Assembly: GCA_950097015.1 (NCBI GenBank)
Contig: CATNEN010000037.1
Span: 992,001 to 1,056,000, forward strand
From: Macrostomum hystrix
Taxonomy: Eukaryota > Animalia > Platyhelminthes
Length of the DNA: 64,000 nucleotides
Direction: 5' to 3'
Positions 1 through 13,600 of this stretch are shown piece by piece; the stretch's first letter is position 1, and every line of letters begins with the position of its first letter. The translations under genes were made by a program, and so were the position numbers. Below the pieces are notes generated by a model. It did no database searches. It was not told the DNA's origin and saw nothing but the letters and a program-made list of their open reading frames with translations.

Positions 1-715
1 GATGGTAGCATTGTACAGCCTTCAGTGTGTCTTGATGGTTGCATTGTACAGCATTCAGTGTGTCTTGATGGTTGCATTGTACAGCCTTCAGTGTTTCTTG
101 ATGGTAGCATTGTACAGCATTCAGTGTGTCTTGATGGTTGCATTGTACAGCCTTCAGTGTTTCTTGATGGTTGCATTGTACAGCATTCAGTGTGTCTTGA
201 TAGTAGCATTGTACAGCCTTCAGTGTGTCTTGATAGTTGCATTGTACAGCATTCAGTGTTTCTTGATGGTAGCATTGTACAGCATTCAGTGTTTCTTGAT
301 GGTAGCATTGTACAGCATTCAGTGTGTCTTGATGGTAGCATTGTACAGCATTCAGTGTGTCTTGATGGTAGCATTGTACAGCATTCAGTGTTTCTTGATG
401 GTAGCATTGTACAGCATTCAGTGTGTCTTGATGGTTGCATTGTACAGCCTTCAGTGTGTCTTGATGGTAGCATTGTACAGCATTCAGTGTGTCCTGATGG
501 TTGTATTGTACAGCATTCAGTGTTTCTTGATGGTAGCATTGTACAGCCTTCAGTGTTTCTTGATGGTAGCATTGTACAGCATTCAGTGTGTCTTGATGGT
601 AGCATTGTACAGCCTTCAGTGTTTCTTGATGGTAGCATTGTACAGCATTCAGTGTTTCTTGATGGTAGCATTGTACAGCCTTCAGTGTTTCTTGATGGTT
701 GTATTACACGGCCTT
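1..715. repeat. 33-bp minisatellite (GATGGTAGCATTGTACAGCATTCAGTGTGTCTT), ~21 copies, truncated by window start
   Basis: Direct periodicity; ORFs 2..730 and 25..717 are 11-aa periodic by-products. Confidence 0.97.
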
Positions 716-1645
716 AAGTGTGTAGTGTAGTGTACTAGTAGTGAAGAAAAAAACAAAGTATTTAGGCATATAATCGTAGCACATTGTGGCACTGTAACTT
801 ATAAGAAATAAAACAATTATCGTGCCTACAATAAGTGCAGTCTATTTTAACAATGCATGCAGCGGTACAAATATTTTAGGACGCTTGTCTGGTCCAAGAA
901 GAAGACAACTAGCTAGGAATACACTAGGCTTGAGTATAATTTTGCATTTCGATTATAAGTTAAAACTGAGAATCGTTTTGGCTCAGTGCAACTGGTGCAT
1001 AGATGTGTTTGGCAATAATTAAATCGTTGCTTTAATTCATGTTTATGGTTATAAGATGTTTATAAAAACTCTGTGCATTGAGCAGCAATATAAATAGTTA
1101 CCTGTGCATAATGCATAATTATACAATACATTAAATTAATAAAGACTAACGAATTCAAGCAAAGCTTGTCAGCTGCGAGAAAACTGCAGATTCACAGAAA
1201 ACGAAGACTTAAAATATTTCTATTCGCACTAATATTTATAATGCTACTTTTACTTCATCAACGGCTATGCAACTACTATAAAAGCAACAAATAGTAAAGT
1301 TTCTGCTACTACTTCTCCCTTATTACACTTGCAGCTACCCAGTTTCAAAATAAAAAAGACATCTGCCAAAATTTACTTAAGCTCTTCTACTACGCTCGAA
1401 AAAAAAAATAAAAAAAAAAATGAATACATTTTAGACTAGCTTCAGTTTTATATTGCTAAAAGTAGTAAAGTTGTGCGTGCTTTAATAAATAGAATATAGC
1501 AAGCAGGTGAATGACGCGACATGCAGGTGCAAAGATGACCACACTCAGGACAAATAAAGAGTTAAATTTGATTTGTTTGCCGAGCCGAGATCAATGATTT
1601 AGTCCAGATGTTTCCATGGCAACTAAAACTAATATGACGCCGTAG

Positions 1646-4024
1646 TTAAAAACCATCTCGACGAATCAGGCGCAGATTGTAGGGCGACGGGCAGGCGACC
1701 AGCCCGACGGTGCCGTCAGTGGCTAGCAGGCGCTCAGCCTGGCGCTGACTGGCGCAGTCGATGCCGCAGCGGTCACTCTCGCAGCAGTCTTTGTCGTCCT
1801 CAACGCCGTCAACTTGAACTCGGATGCGGAAGCGCCGCAGGAAGCAAGCGGTTGCTAGGAAGATCTCCATGCGGGCCAGCTGTTCGCCCAGACAGCCGCG
1901 CGGACCAACCGAAAACGGCAGCGCTTGCGGCAAAGCCCGAAAGACGACATCGCCGTTTTCGGCGTCGAGAAATCGCTCGGGTCGAAACTCTGTCGGGTCG
2001 GCAAAGTGGCGAGGATCTCGATGAGCCTGGCGAATGTTCGGCAGCAGCCAGGCGCCCTCGGGAATCCGGTAGCCGCCGGACAGGACGACGGAGCGTTCGG
2101 CCCGGTGGATGACGGCAGTCGGCACCGGCGGGTGAAGGCGGAGCGTCTCCTCGATGAAGGCGCGCAGCAGGTGCAGCTGGTTGCGGTCAGAATTGGCCAC
2201 GGCCCGGCTGCCGACAACCCTGTCGATCTCCTGAGCCAACCGATCCTGCCAGTCGGGTCCTGCAGCCAGGCGAAGGAACAGCCACTTCATGGCCGACCCG
2301 GTTGAGTCCGTGCCCGCGATCGTCAGGTCGAAAAATGAAACGGCCAGACGACCCTCGTTAAATGCATCGTCCTCGATGCCGCTGCTGCTGCTGCTGCCGC
2401 AGCTGTTGTTGTTGTTGCGTTCGGTGACTATGTGAACCACAGATTCCAGAAAAGTGCGGGCCTGAAGAATAACATAGAAAAAATACTCAGGTGAGTAGGG
2501 GACTGATCTCAGGTGAGTAGGAGACTGATCTCAGGTGAGTAGGGGACTGATCTCAGGTGAGTAGGGGACTGATCTCAGGTGAGTAGGGGACTGATCTCAG
2601 GTGAGTAGGGGACTGATCTCAGGTGAGTAGGGGACTGATCTCAGGTGAGTAGGGGACTGATCTCAGGTGAGTAGGGGACTGATCTCAGGTGAGTAGGGGA
2701 CTGATCTCAGGTGAGTAGGGGACTGATCTCAGGTGAGTAGGGGACTGATCTCAGGTGAGTAGGGGACTGATCTCAGGTGAGTAGGGGACTGATCTCAGGT
2801 GAGTAGGGGACTGATCTCAGGTGAGTAGGGGACTGATCTCAGGTGAGTAGGGGACTGATCTCAGGTGAGTAGGGGACTGATCTCAGGTGAGTAGAGGACT
2901 GATTTCAGATGGCAGGAGTCAGCTGACCTGATATGCCTGGTTGTTATTCTTGCAAGAGGCGACCTCGGCGTGAACCCGCTGCTCGACGCTGCCGAGCACC
3001 CGCTCAATGGCGGCTTTGGCTGCTCGAATCGGGCCGAGGCGCCAGAGAAGTGGCGGACAGCGACGGAACAGCGGAAGCAGCACCGCGGCGCCGAAGCCGT
3101 TGTAGACGTCGGCCTGTACGATGGTCTGGACCGCACGCAGGCTGTCGCCGAAATCGTCAGCGTCGGTGGCTCGACTGCCGAACACGAGGCGGCAGATTAT
3201 GTTGGCGGCGATGCGGGAGAGCAGGTCGCTGTCAACGGCCAGGTCTCGTCGATCGGTGGGCAGCTCGGCCAGCTGATGATGAAGCTCAGAATTGACGATT
3301 TCCTCCATGCCGTTGCGATTGAAGCCAAAGTCCTTTAGGACACGGAGGGCCAGGTTGCGGTGCTTGCGCCACACCTGTGAGATCATGGGGGATGAGAATA
3401 AACTGGTTGCGGATTGGGAGCGCTGAGATTGACACTGGGGTAGACAATCTGGTAGGTACTGGGGTAGACAATCTGGTAGATACTGGGGTAGACAATCTGG
3501 TAGGTACTGGGGTAGACAATCTAGAAATTAAATTATCAGTAAGGTAATATGGTAGACAGTCAGACAGTCTATCATCTTCACATACTCACCTCGCCATCGC
3601 CAAGCACCAGCCCGCTGCCTTTCAACAGACTGTTTGACCAGAGCAGCTTCTGCCGGCCGGACAGTTCGCCGGCGTGATCAACCAGAGCCTCCTGGATTCG
3701 CTCCACGCTGTTCAAAGCCACCCAGGTCTGGCCAGAGAGGTCGAAAGCGAACAGGTCGCCGTAGCGAGCGGTGGCTTCGGGCAGCCAGAGGCGAAAGGGT
3801 AGCTGCATTCTTAGATAGCTGCCAACTAGCGGCAGCCGCCACGGTCCGGGTATTCGGCGACACTTGCCGTCTGAGCAATCTGTCCGACTTTTTCTAAACA
3901 TTACCAAAAGTATTATTAGCAGTCCTACCGCTGAGAGGCTGGCTGTCAGCGGCGTTGTGAACGAGTCAAATGACGTCATAGCCGACTGTCCTGATCGAGA
4001 ACAGTTCAGAAGAAGCAGGACCAT
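1646..4024 (-). CDS. Cytochrome P450, CYP2-clan-like, 3 exons, ~565 aa
   Basis: Exons 4024-3590, 3374-2928, 2461-1646; both introns GT-AG, phase 0. N-terminal TM anchor, Pro-rich hinge PGPWRLPLVG, C-helix WRKHR, I-helix AGTDST, K-helix EETLR, PERF, heme motif FSVGPRGCLG. Start could be the ATG at 4024 or the later MTSFDSF. Confidence 0.93.
2486..2908. repeat. 22-bp minisatellite (CTCAGGTGAGTAGGGGACTGAT), ~19 near-identical copies, CYP intron 2
   Basis: Period 22 (ctcag at 2486, 2508...); fills ~420 of the 466-nt intron. Confidence 0.97.
3434..3522. repeat. 24-bp short tandem repeat (ACTGGGGTAGACAATCTGGTAGGT), ~3.7 copies, CYP intron 1
   Basis: Direct periodicity. Confidence 0.9.
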
Positions 4025-4213
4025 TTCCAGTCCTCATGGAGTCGTTTATTTATAGTGTAGAATGGGGTGGTTTGCGATCATTGTTTCACTTTAGAAGCAT
4101 TTGAATTGGCCGCTCATGAAGCGACTTCATTGGCTCCCGGGGCTGGTCAAGTGATCCAAGTTGGAATGATAAAATCGCGCCACCATTTTTATGATGGAGA
4201 TAATACGAATACG

Positions 4214-6577
4214 AATTACTGAGGTGGTATGGAAGCTGTCTAATTACTGAGTTGGCATTGGGCTGTCTAATTACTGAGGTGGTATGGGGCTGTCTAATTA
4301 CTGAGGTGGTATGTAAGCTGTCTAATTACTGAGGTGGCATGGGGCTGTCTAAAAACTGAGGTGGTATGGAAGCTGTCTAATTACTGAGGTGGTATGGAAG
4401 CTGTCTAATTACTGAGTTGGCATTGGGCTGTCTAATTACTGAGGTGGTATGGGGCTGTCTAATTACTGAGGTGGTATGTAAGCTGTCTAATTACTGAGGT
4501 GGTATGGAAGCTGTCTAATTACTGAGTTGGCATTGGGCTGTCTAATTACTGAGGTGGTATGGGGCTGTCTAATTACTGAGGTGGTATGGAAGCTGTCTAA
4601 TTACTGAGTTGGCATTGGGCTGTCTAATTACTGAGGTGGTATGGAAGCTGTCTAATTACTGAGGTGGTATGGAAGCTGTCTAATTACTGAGTTGGCATTG
4701 GGCTGTCTAATTACTGAGGTGGTATGGGGCTGTCTAATTACTGAGTTGGCATTGGGCTGTCTAATTACTGAGGTGGTATGGAAGCTGTCTAATTACTGAG
4801 GTGGTATTGGTATGGAAGCTGTCTAATTACTGAGTTGGCATTGGGCTGTCTAATTACTGAGGTGGTATGGAAGCTGTCTGATTACTGAGGTGGTATGGAA
4901 GCTGTCTAAATACTGAGGTGGTATGGAAGCTGTCTAATTACTGAGGTGGTATGGAAGCTGTCTAATTACTGAGGTGGTATGGGGCTGTCTAATTACTGAG
5001 GTGGTATGTAAGCTGTCTAATTACTGAGGTGGTATGGAAGCTGTCTAATTACTGAGTTGGCATTGGGCTGTCTAATTACTGAGGTGGTATGGGGCTGTCT
5101 AATTACTGAGGTGGTATGGAAGCTGTCTAATTACTGAGTTGGCATTGGGCTGTCTAATTACTGAGGTGGTATGGAAGCTGTCTAATTACTGAGTTGGCAT
5201 TGGGCTGTCTAATTACTGAGGTGGTATGGAAGCTGTCTAATTACTGAGTTGGCATTGGGCTGTCTAATTACTGAGGTGGTATGGAAGCTGTCTAATTACT
5301 GAGTTGGCATTGGGCTGTCTAATTACTGAGGTGGTATGGAAGCTGTCTAATTACTGAGTTGGCATTGGGCTGTCTAATTACTGAGGTGGTATGGAAGCTG
5401 TCTAATTACTGAGGTGGTATGGAAGCTGTCTAATTACTGAGTTGGCATTGGGCTGTCTAATTACTGAGGTGGTATGGGGCTGTCTAATTACTGAGTTGGC
5501 ATTGGGCTGTCTAATTACTGAGGTGGTATGGAAGCTGTCTAATTACTGAGGTGGTATTGGTATGGAAGCTGTCTAATTACTGAGTTGGCATTGGGCTGTC
5601 TAATTACTGAGGTGGTATGGAAGCTGTCTGATTACTGAGGTGGTATGGAAGCTGTCTAAATACTGAGGTGGTATGGAAGCTGTCTAATTACTGAGGTGGT
5701 ATGGAAGCTGTCTAATTACTGAGGTGGTATGGGGCTGTCTAATTACTGAGGTGGTATGTAAGCTGTCTAATTACTGAGGTGGTATGGAAGCTGTCTAATT
5801 ACTGAGTTGGCATTGGGCTGTCTAATTACTGAGGTGGTATGGGGCTGTCTAATTACTGAGGTGGTATGGAAGCTGTCTAATTACTGAGTTGGCATTGGGC
5901 TGTCTAATTACTGAGGTGGTATGGAAGCTGTCTAATTACTGAGTTGGCATTGGGCTGTCTAATTACTGAGGTGGTATGGAAGCTGTCTAATTACTGAGTT
6001 GGCATTGGGCTGTCTAATTACTGAGGTGGTATGGAAGCTGTCTAATTACTGAGGTGGTATGGAAGCTGTCTAATTACTGAGTTGGCATTGGGCTGTCTAA
6101 TTACTGAGGTGGTATGGGGCTGTCTAATTACTGAGTTGGCATTGGGCTGTCTAATTACTGAGGTGGTATGGAAGCTGTCTAATTACTGAGGTGGTATTGG
6201 TATGGAAGCTGTCTAATTACTGAGTTGGCATTGGGCTGTCTAATTACTGAGGTGGTATGGAAGCTGTCTGATTACTGAGGTGGTATGGAAGCTGTCTAAA
6301 TACTGAGGTGGTATGGAAGCTGTCTAATTACTGAGGTGGTATGGAAGCTGTCTAATTACTGAGTTGGCATTGGGCTGTCTAATTACTGAGGTGGTATGGG
6401 GCTGTCTGATTACTGAGGTGGTATGGAAGCTGTCTGATTACTGAGGTGGTATGGAAGCTGTCTAAATACTGAGGTGGTATGGAAGCTGTCTAATTACTGA
6501 GGTGGTATGGAAGCTGTCTAATTACTGAGGTGGTATGGAAGCTGTCTAATTACTGAGGTGGCATGGGGCTGTCCTAA
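4214..6577. repeat. 27/28-bp minisatellite (AATTACTGAGGTGGTATGGAAGCTGTCT / AATTACTGAGTTGGCATTGGGCTGTCT), ~85 copies with higher-order variant order
   Basis: Direct periodicity; begins ~190 bp upstream of the CYP ATG. Confidence 0.97.
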
Positions 6578-8113
6578 TTGAGGATAAGCAATTATGGAGG
6601 CTATGCAGGCTTAGCAACGCCTCGATCTGAGGGCAGAGGGCTTGGTCTGTACTATTGGCAAATATATGAAAGCTTCAATGTTTCTAGGTCAAACCACCTG
6701 AGGAACTTTTGTTTATTACATTACAGAATGTATAGATATGCGTGTGCTGATATGAATGTGATGTCACCCAGTGCGGTTTCCAAGTAGTGCATTCTGAAGC
6801 AAATCTAATGAATAACAAGGAACACATGAGGAGCAAGAATTGCACGAAAGTCTGCGTAAACATATTGACGTGTTCTTTTATTCAATAAAATAATGACCCA
6901 GTGAACCAGTACTAGAAGTTCAACGTCAATAAGAAACTATAATAGAAGACCGTGATGCTTTAACATCTGCTCGGTTGTTGGTCGATTAAATTGGTCGAAC
7001 CGGTCCAAGAATCTTACTGATGAGATTCGTGCCATCGGAAATCTTGGATGAGATTTTGCATCACCTTAGCAGGATCCCTCTCGACTTTGTTACAATAAGT
7101 TGTAACAAAATATTGAATTTTGAATTCGCTCTCAAACTTGTTGTAGATTCTACAACTTGCTATCGCAACGCCCTAGACGCCGCTAGATCCTCACCGATTG
7201 GGCCACGAATGAACCGCGTGCTGCGCAAGATTTGCACTTTTATTTGCAACTGATGTTTGCAGCCTTGCCAAAGAAGTGCAAATTTTCTCTTGTTCTTGTC
7301 TTGTTCATTTCTTAACATTCTTTGTGTTTTGTGTCCTTTTCTTTAAACAGTAGAAAGACTCCGCTATTCTCCCCCTGGACAAAGACCACTGCCTACTTCA
7401 CGAAAGATCCCAAACCGAATGACCGATTTTCGTGAAAGCCCACCAAATGGATCAAATTTTCCACAATTTACGATGGACTTGCTTTCAATGCCACCCGAGT
7501 CAAAATTGTTGAGATATTCAGTAATCCTTGTCGAAGGTGGTGACAAGGACAACCAACATGGCTCTGTGTAAACCTCTATGGCGTATCTATATTGGTTTAA
7601 AAAAACAATTTAACCAACTGAATATACTTCGTTTACAATAATAGCAGTTTCATTATGATATTTTGTGCGCGTTCTGAGGTTTCATGGTGGTTGGTTGAAT
7701 ATTCAGGGAGATGCAAAGAAAAACAAAAAAAATGTGATTGTTTGAAATAATCACCGTTGTCTGTCAACTATTAATAAGTTTGTTGATTTGGCAAGAGAAT
7801 AATTTGGCAGTCAGGCGCTGTTCTTGCAGCGACCTTGACCTTGCAGCGAAATCTGCGAATTAAGTACAAAAAGATGAATACAGCTATAAGTGTATTTTTC
7901 GCAATTCACGTGCAACCAGAAACAGTTTAATGTTGAGAAAGCACTTATTGTTTTTAGAGTTTGGTGCAGGCCTGGCACCATTCTGCTACACTCACAAGCA
8001 GCTGAGGTTAAATAAACTGTCAGCAAACTGCACCAATAGTCACAATTTGTTTACACGCTCATTGTCAAGGCACGTGTTTCGATTGATACTGTTTGAGGAG
8101 AGAATCTTTTGAT

Positions 8114-8201
8114 TAGGGATTGCAAAATCCCGGGTTTTCGTGATCCTGGGATTCCGAGATTGAGAATGGCCACTCCCGGGATTCCGCGACTGCAATCCCT
8201 A
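8114..8201. mobile_element. 88-bp miniature TIR element (hAT-like MITE remnant)
   Basis: Perfect 11-bp TIRs TAGGGATTGCA...TGCAATCCCTA and inverted subterminal AATCCCGGG/CCCGGGATT; no matching 8-bp TSD (CTTTTGAT vs ATTTATAT). Confidence 0.55.
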
Positions 8202-9948
8202 ATTTATATAGTATTGTTTGTGAATTTACATTGTCATAATTGTAGAATAGCTAATTGCAGTATGCATATGCATTCTGCAGCCTAGCCTGTATCGTCTCGT
8301 AGTTTTTAGTCCATCTACAACTTAAAAGTACACAATACAAACCAATGAAACCATCCATATATATCGTATCGTGCTTCGTCAACAACTTGTCAAATGTTAA
8401 TATTAGACGATTTGGAGTAATATATTTGAGAACCAGAGAAGACTAACAATTTTACAAGAATATTCAAGACTATCAGAAGACTGTGAATGTCGCCGTTAGA
8501 AACTAAAAAAGCTCGCTTTGAGAATCTCTGTTGAACTTGAATCTTGCGTATGAGAATTAGCAGTAAGAATCTTACTGTGCGATGACACTAAATCTGTGTC
8601 AGAGGTATGAGATTCTCCTAGGACCTTGAGTTTCAAAGTGAGATTCTCAAAGGTGTATGCAATTTACAGTGAGATTCTCAAGGTTCCGTGAATTTTGCAG
8701 TGAGATTCTCAAAGGACCTTTCAGTATACAAGCAAGAAAAGTGCACGCAGCACTTTGAGAAAGAAGCCGGTTAAAAAAATCGAACTAACTTTCTTCGCTT
8801 TCGTGTTACTGTGTGATCTGCCGAATATCAGTTTTTCGCTCTAGCACTCAGTAATGTGTTGACGTGGCTAAGATAGATCAAGCATTGAGTTGTCTGTTTT
8901 ACATCACTCGCTACTAGTCGCTAGCGCAAGCGTTTGCGAATGACACATCTTCGACACAACGAATTAATTTGGTAGAATTTTTCTATGTATTATCTTCTTT
9001 CAGACGTCTTCCTTGCATTCATGCTTTATGAAACTAACTAAGTCAGAAAACGCTCGTATGTATGTGCGGGAACAATGTAAGGATTCCGAGCTAAAAAGCT
9101 TCGGGGACCCTTGAACTCCTAGGAAATCAAAGGCTTCAGGGACCGAAAATTTTCAGCGATCTAAAATCTTTGAAGCAAAGATGTTCAATAATTTTCAGGG
9201 CTGCTAAGTTTTGTAAAAACAGTTCTTTAAAGTAATTTAAACTTCAAGTAAGAAGTTAAAGCCATACCCATTTCCGTCAGTAAAAGTCGTTGATTCACAC
9301 TCGCCAACAGTAATTTCCTATTCATAAAAATAGCAAGCAAGATCGAGTGCAGAGATTTATGATTCGAAACGAAACAAGAAACCAGTACGGTGGCCAAGTT
9401 AAAACTCGTGCCAACAGGCTCGAAAAATAGCGATCGAAGTGCCTGTCTCCTGTCCACTGGATGGGTCAAGCGGAGCGCGCATCACTTTTCCGGTTGGTAT
9501 GAAAACAAGGACGACCCAGGTGCGTCGACACACACACACACACACACTTGCATTTTCCATTGTTGCATTGTAGCAATTACAAGCTTAATATTGGGCAGGA
9601 AATTATTCCCAGACCCATGCTTTTTGTAGCCGTACCGTATTAGAGTGCAGTAGAACTAAAATACCAATAATGCTTTCTAATGGTTTCATTATTTAGAAAA
9701 TTCTTTCCAAATCTTGTTTACAGCCTTTTGTATTCGTAGCATTAGCATTCAGTCTAAAGAGGCATTTACTCGTTTAGATTTTGTTGATTAACTGTCAATA
9801 GTTAAAACTTAGTACAAACTTTTTACAGTGAATAAAATTTTTTTTATTTAGTTCGCATAATGCTGTACATGTAAATAACGAAATAAGGCGAAAAAGGCAT
9901 ATTAATGGATAGATTCCAAAGAAAAAAAGAAAACTACTGCTATCTAAT

Positions 9949-10520
9949 CACTCAGCACTGACAGTACTCTCACCCTCAGTCACTCAGCATTGACAGTACT
10001 CTCACTCCTAGTCACTCAGCACTGACAGTACTCTCACCCTCAGTCACTCAGCACTGTCAGTACTCTCACCCTCAGTCACTCAGCACTGACAGTACTCTCA
10101 CCCTCAGTCACTCAGCACTGTCAGTACTCTCACCCTCAGTCACTCAGCACTGTCAGTACTCTCACCCTCAGTCACTCAGCATTGACAGTACTCTCACTCC
10201 TAGTCACTCAGCACTGACAGTACTCTCACTCCTAGTCACTCAGCACTGACAGTACTCTCACTCCTAGTCACTCAGCACTGACAGTACTCTCACCCTCAGT
10301 CACTCAGCACTGACAGTACTCTCACCCTCAGTCACTCAGCACTGACAGTACTCTCACCCTCAGTCACTCAGCATTGACAGTACTCTCACTCCTAGTCACT
10401 CAGCACTGACAGTACTCTCACTCCTAGTCACTCAGCACTGACAGTACTCTCACTCCTAGTCACTCAGCACTGACAGTACTCTTACCCTTAGTCACTCAGC
10501 ACTGACAGTTTTCTCACCCG
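9949..10520. repeat. 32-bp minisatellite (CACTCAGCACTGACAGTACTCTCACCCTCAGT), ~18 copies
   Basis: Period 32; lies ~115 bp past the stop codon of the hAT-derived gene. Confidence 0.97.
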
Positions 10521-10634
10521 AGTCGCATCCCGTCACATTGGAATCAAATTAATAATGAGACTATTATTAAACAGATTTACAAAGCAATAACTTAATAAAA
10601 TAACAGAGTAGAAGGAACGCCAGTGTAGGTAAAG

Positions 10635-13600
10635 TCAACGAGACGCTTGACTCCTGACTAGCTGGCCATTGCAGCGCACTGCAGTCATGCACCTGATCAA
10701 CTGATCAGATAATGAGCCAGTTTGCATGCGAATCGCGTCCCTACTGATGCGTAGCAGACGCTGCAGTCCAGAGCTGAAAGTCGGCGCCGGTGTGTTATAC
10801 CTGACAAATGCGTTGCTCAGGTGTTTCTCGTATAAGAACACACTGTCAGCCAGGCCGTCCCGCTGAGCGTCGGGCGCGTCAACCCACTCGGACACCAGTT
10901 CCATGGCCTTATCGGCCGAAGTTTTAAACTGGCCAGCTGACCCGGAAGACCCGCGAGACTGCTGCTGCATCAGGCCCAGAAAGAAGGCCAGCCGGCTCTT
11001 ATCCTCGGAGGCGTTGGGATCGGCATTGTTCTGACCGGATGCGCCGGCGCTGCTGCATTTGTTGTCGTCCTCAATCAGGCTGGCCAAGCTCTGCATCATG
11101 AGATGTCGCAAATTCTCTGCTTTGCCGTCATCTGACAGCTTCCTTAGCCAGGCCAGACGAAATCTCGGATTAAATGCCGCACCAAGAAGGCAGTCCCGAT
11201 CGTCGAACACAGCTTGGAATCTGGTCGCTACGCCGGCTTCCATTGCGTTGGCCAGAGCTGCGCAGTAGCGCATTCGTTCCAATTGGATAGATTTCAAAGC
11301 GACAATAGTAGCAGAGATTGTTGGCAATAGGATGCCAAAGTAGGCCTCTCTCTCATCCTCAAGAATGTCTATGGCTAAAGCGATCGGCTTCATAACGCGC
11401 TCGAACTCGTCAAGAAATTCGACGTCCTCCGATTGAAAAGTTGGCAATCCGAGCTTCGACGCTTGCAAAGTGATATAATTCAAGGCCTCTATAATTGAAA
11501 CAGTCTTTGCACCGAACTGTGGCTTCAATAGCCTGCTTAACTGGCACAGACTACTGTACACAGATGTCCAGCTTCTGTTATTTGGCAGGCACATCTTCTG
11601 ACCGTTTAACAGCGCCTTAATAGATTTAGCCGCTGCCGAGCTCCTACGCAGGAGACTCCAGAATGCCTGAGCTTTGACCACAGTACGAATGTACTGCGAT
11701 CGAAAACTGTCAATAGCCTGATCGCCTCCGCTATCCAACAACAGCTTCTGCAGATCGGCGGTGGCCACCAGGTGGAGGGTGTGCGAGGCGCAGCGCATCC
11801 GCGGCGGCAGACAGTCGACATCAGGCTCGCTGGCCAGCAGCTCGGTTAGGGCCACAGGAGCGGACGTTGCGAAGCCCGTGGCTTCGACTTCCAGATCCTC
11901 AAACTCCGGCTGTTCCTCGTCCCCTTCAAACGCAGCCGAATCGCTGGAATCTTCGTTGTCGTCGGCATAGTCGTCGAGATTATCAAATTGGCGTCGTCTG
12001 CCAGCTGTTGAAGTTGAAGTAGAAGAAGTACCGGCCGCCAACTCTTGGCAGCAATGTCCGACGAGGGCGGCTGTCTCGGAGTCGTGGCCAGACAGCGGCA
12101 GCAGGAAGGCAGGGTCGAAGACCGCACGAGAGCAGTCTCCCAAATCCTGAGGCGAAAGTTAATTAGCTGATTGAGACAAATTTTTACTAATTTGCGTCCA
12201 GACCGCTATCCACTTCACTGTGTCTGGTAGCAGACCGCTATCCACTTCACTGTGTCTGGTAGCAGACCGCTATCCACTTCACTGTGTCTGGTAGCAGACC
12301 GCTATCCACTTCACTGTGTCTGGTAGCAGACCGCTATCCACTTCACTGTGTCTGGTAGCAGACCGCTATCCACTTCACTGTGTCTGGTAGCAGACCGCTA
12401 TCCACTTCACTGTGTCTGGTAGCAGACCTCTATCCACTTCACTGTGTCTGGTAGCAGACCTCTATCCACTTCACTGTGTCTGGTAGCAGACCTCTATCCA
12501 CTTCACTGTGTCTGGTAGCAGACCTCTATCCACTTCACTGTGTCTGGTAGCAGACCGCTATCCACTTCACTGTGTCTGGTAGCAGACCTCTATCCACTTC
12601 ACTGTGTCTGGTAGCAGACCTCTATCCACTTCACTGTGTCTGGTAGCAGACCTCTATCCACTTCACTGTGTCTGCTAGCAGACCTCTATCCACTTCACTG
12701 TGTCTGGTAGCAGACCTCTATCCACTTCACTGTGTCTGGTAGCAGACCTCTATCCACTTCACTGTGTCTGGTAGCAGACCTCTATCCACTTCACTGTGTC
12801 TGGTAGCAGACCTCTATCCACTTCACTGTGTCTGGTAGCAGACCGCTATCCACTTCACTGTGTCTGGTAGCAGACCTCTATCCACTTCACTGTGTCTGGT
12901 AGCAGACCGCTATCCACTTCACTGTGTCTGGTAGCAGACCTCTATCCACTTCACTGTGTCTGGTAGCAGACCGCTATCCACTTCACTGTGTCTGGTAGCA
13001 GACCTCTATCCACTTCACTGTGTCTGGTAGCAGACCGCTATCCACTTCACTGTGTCTGGTAGCAGACCTCTATCCACTTCACTGTGTCTGGTAGCAGACC
13101 TCTATCCACTTCACTGTGTCTGGTAGCAGAGACCGCTATCCACTTCACTGTGTCTGGTAGCAGACCTCTATCCACTTCACTGTGTCTGGTAGCAGACCTC
13201 TATCCACTTCACTGTGTCTGGTAGCAGACCTCTATCCACTTCACTGTGTCTGGTAGCAGACCTCTATCCACTTCACTGTGTCTGGTAGCAGACCTCTATC
13301 CACTTCACTGTGTCTGGTAGCAGACCGCTATCCACTTCACTGTGTCTGGTAGCAGACCGCTATCCACTTCACTGTGTCTGGTAGCAGACCGCTATCCACT
13401 TCACTGTGTCTGGTAGCAGACCTCTATCCACTTCACTGTGTCTGGTAGCAGACCGCTATCCACTTCACTGTGTCTGGTAGCAGACCGCTATCCACTTCAC
13501 TGTGTCTGGTAAAGTACGAGTATATCAATACAAAACCTAAATTAAAGCTGGGTTTGTTAACCATTTTGGTCTACACAATCCTGTGTACAAAACTCTACAA

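Noticed and set aside
1824-3338. Plus-strand and alternate-frame ORFs overlapping CYP, hAT, AP1G1, zinc-finger and M13 exons
   Set aside because: Shadow ORFs expected from GC-rich codon usage; no recognisable domains.
7088-7160. Two short perfect hairpins (TTTGTTACAA-TAAG-TTGTAACAAA; TTGTAGA-T-TCTACAA) and small ORFs at 7020-7552
   Set aside because: AT-rich palindromes can arise by chance; ORFs have no recognisable domain.
8500-8730. Scattered GTGAGATTCTCAA motifs
   Set aside because: Looks like a decayed minisatellite; period too irregular to define.
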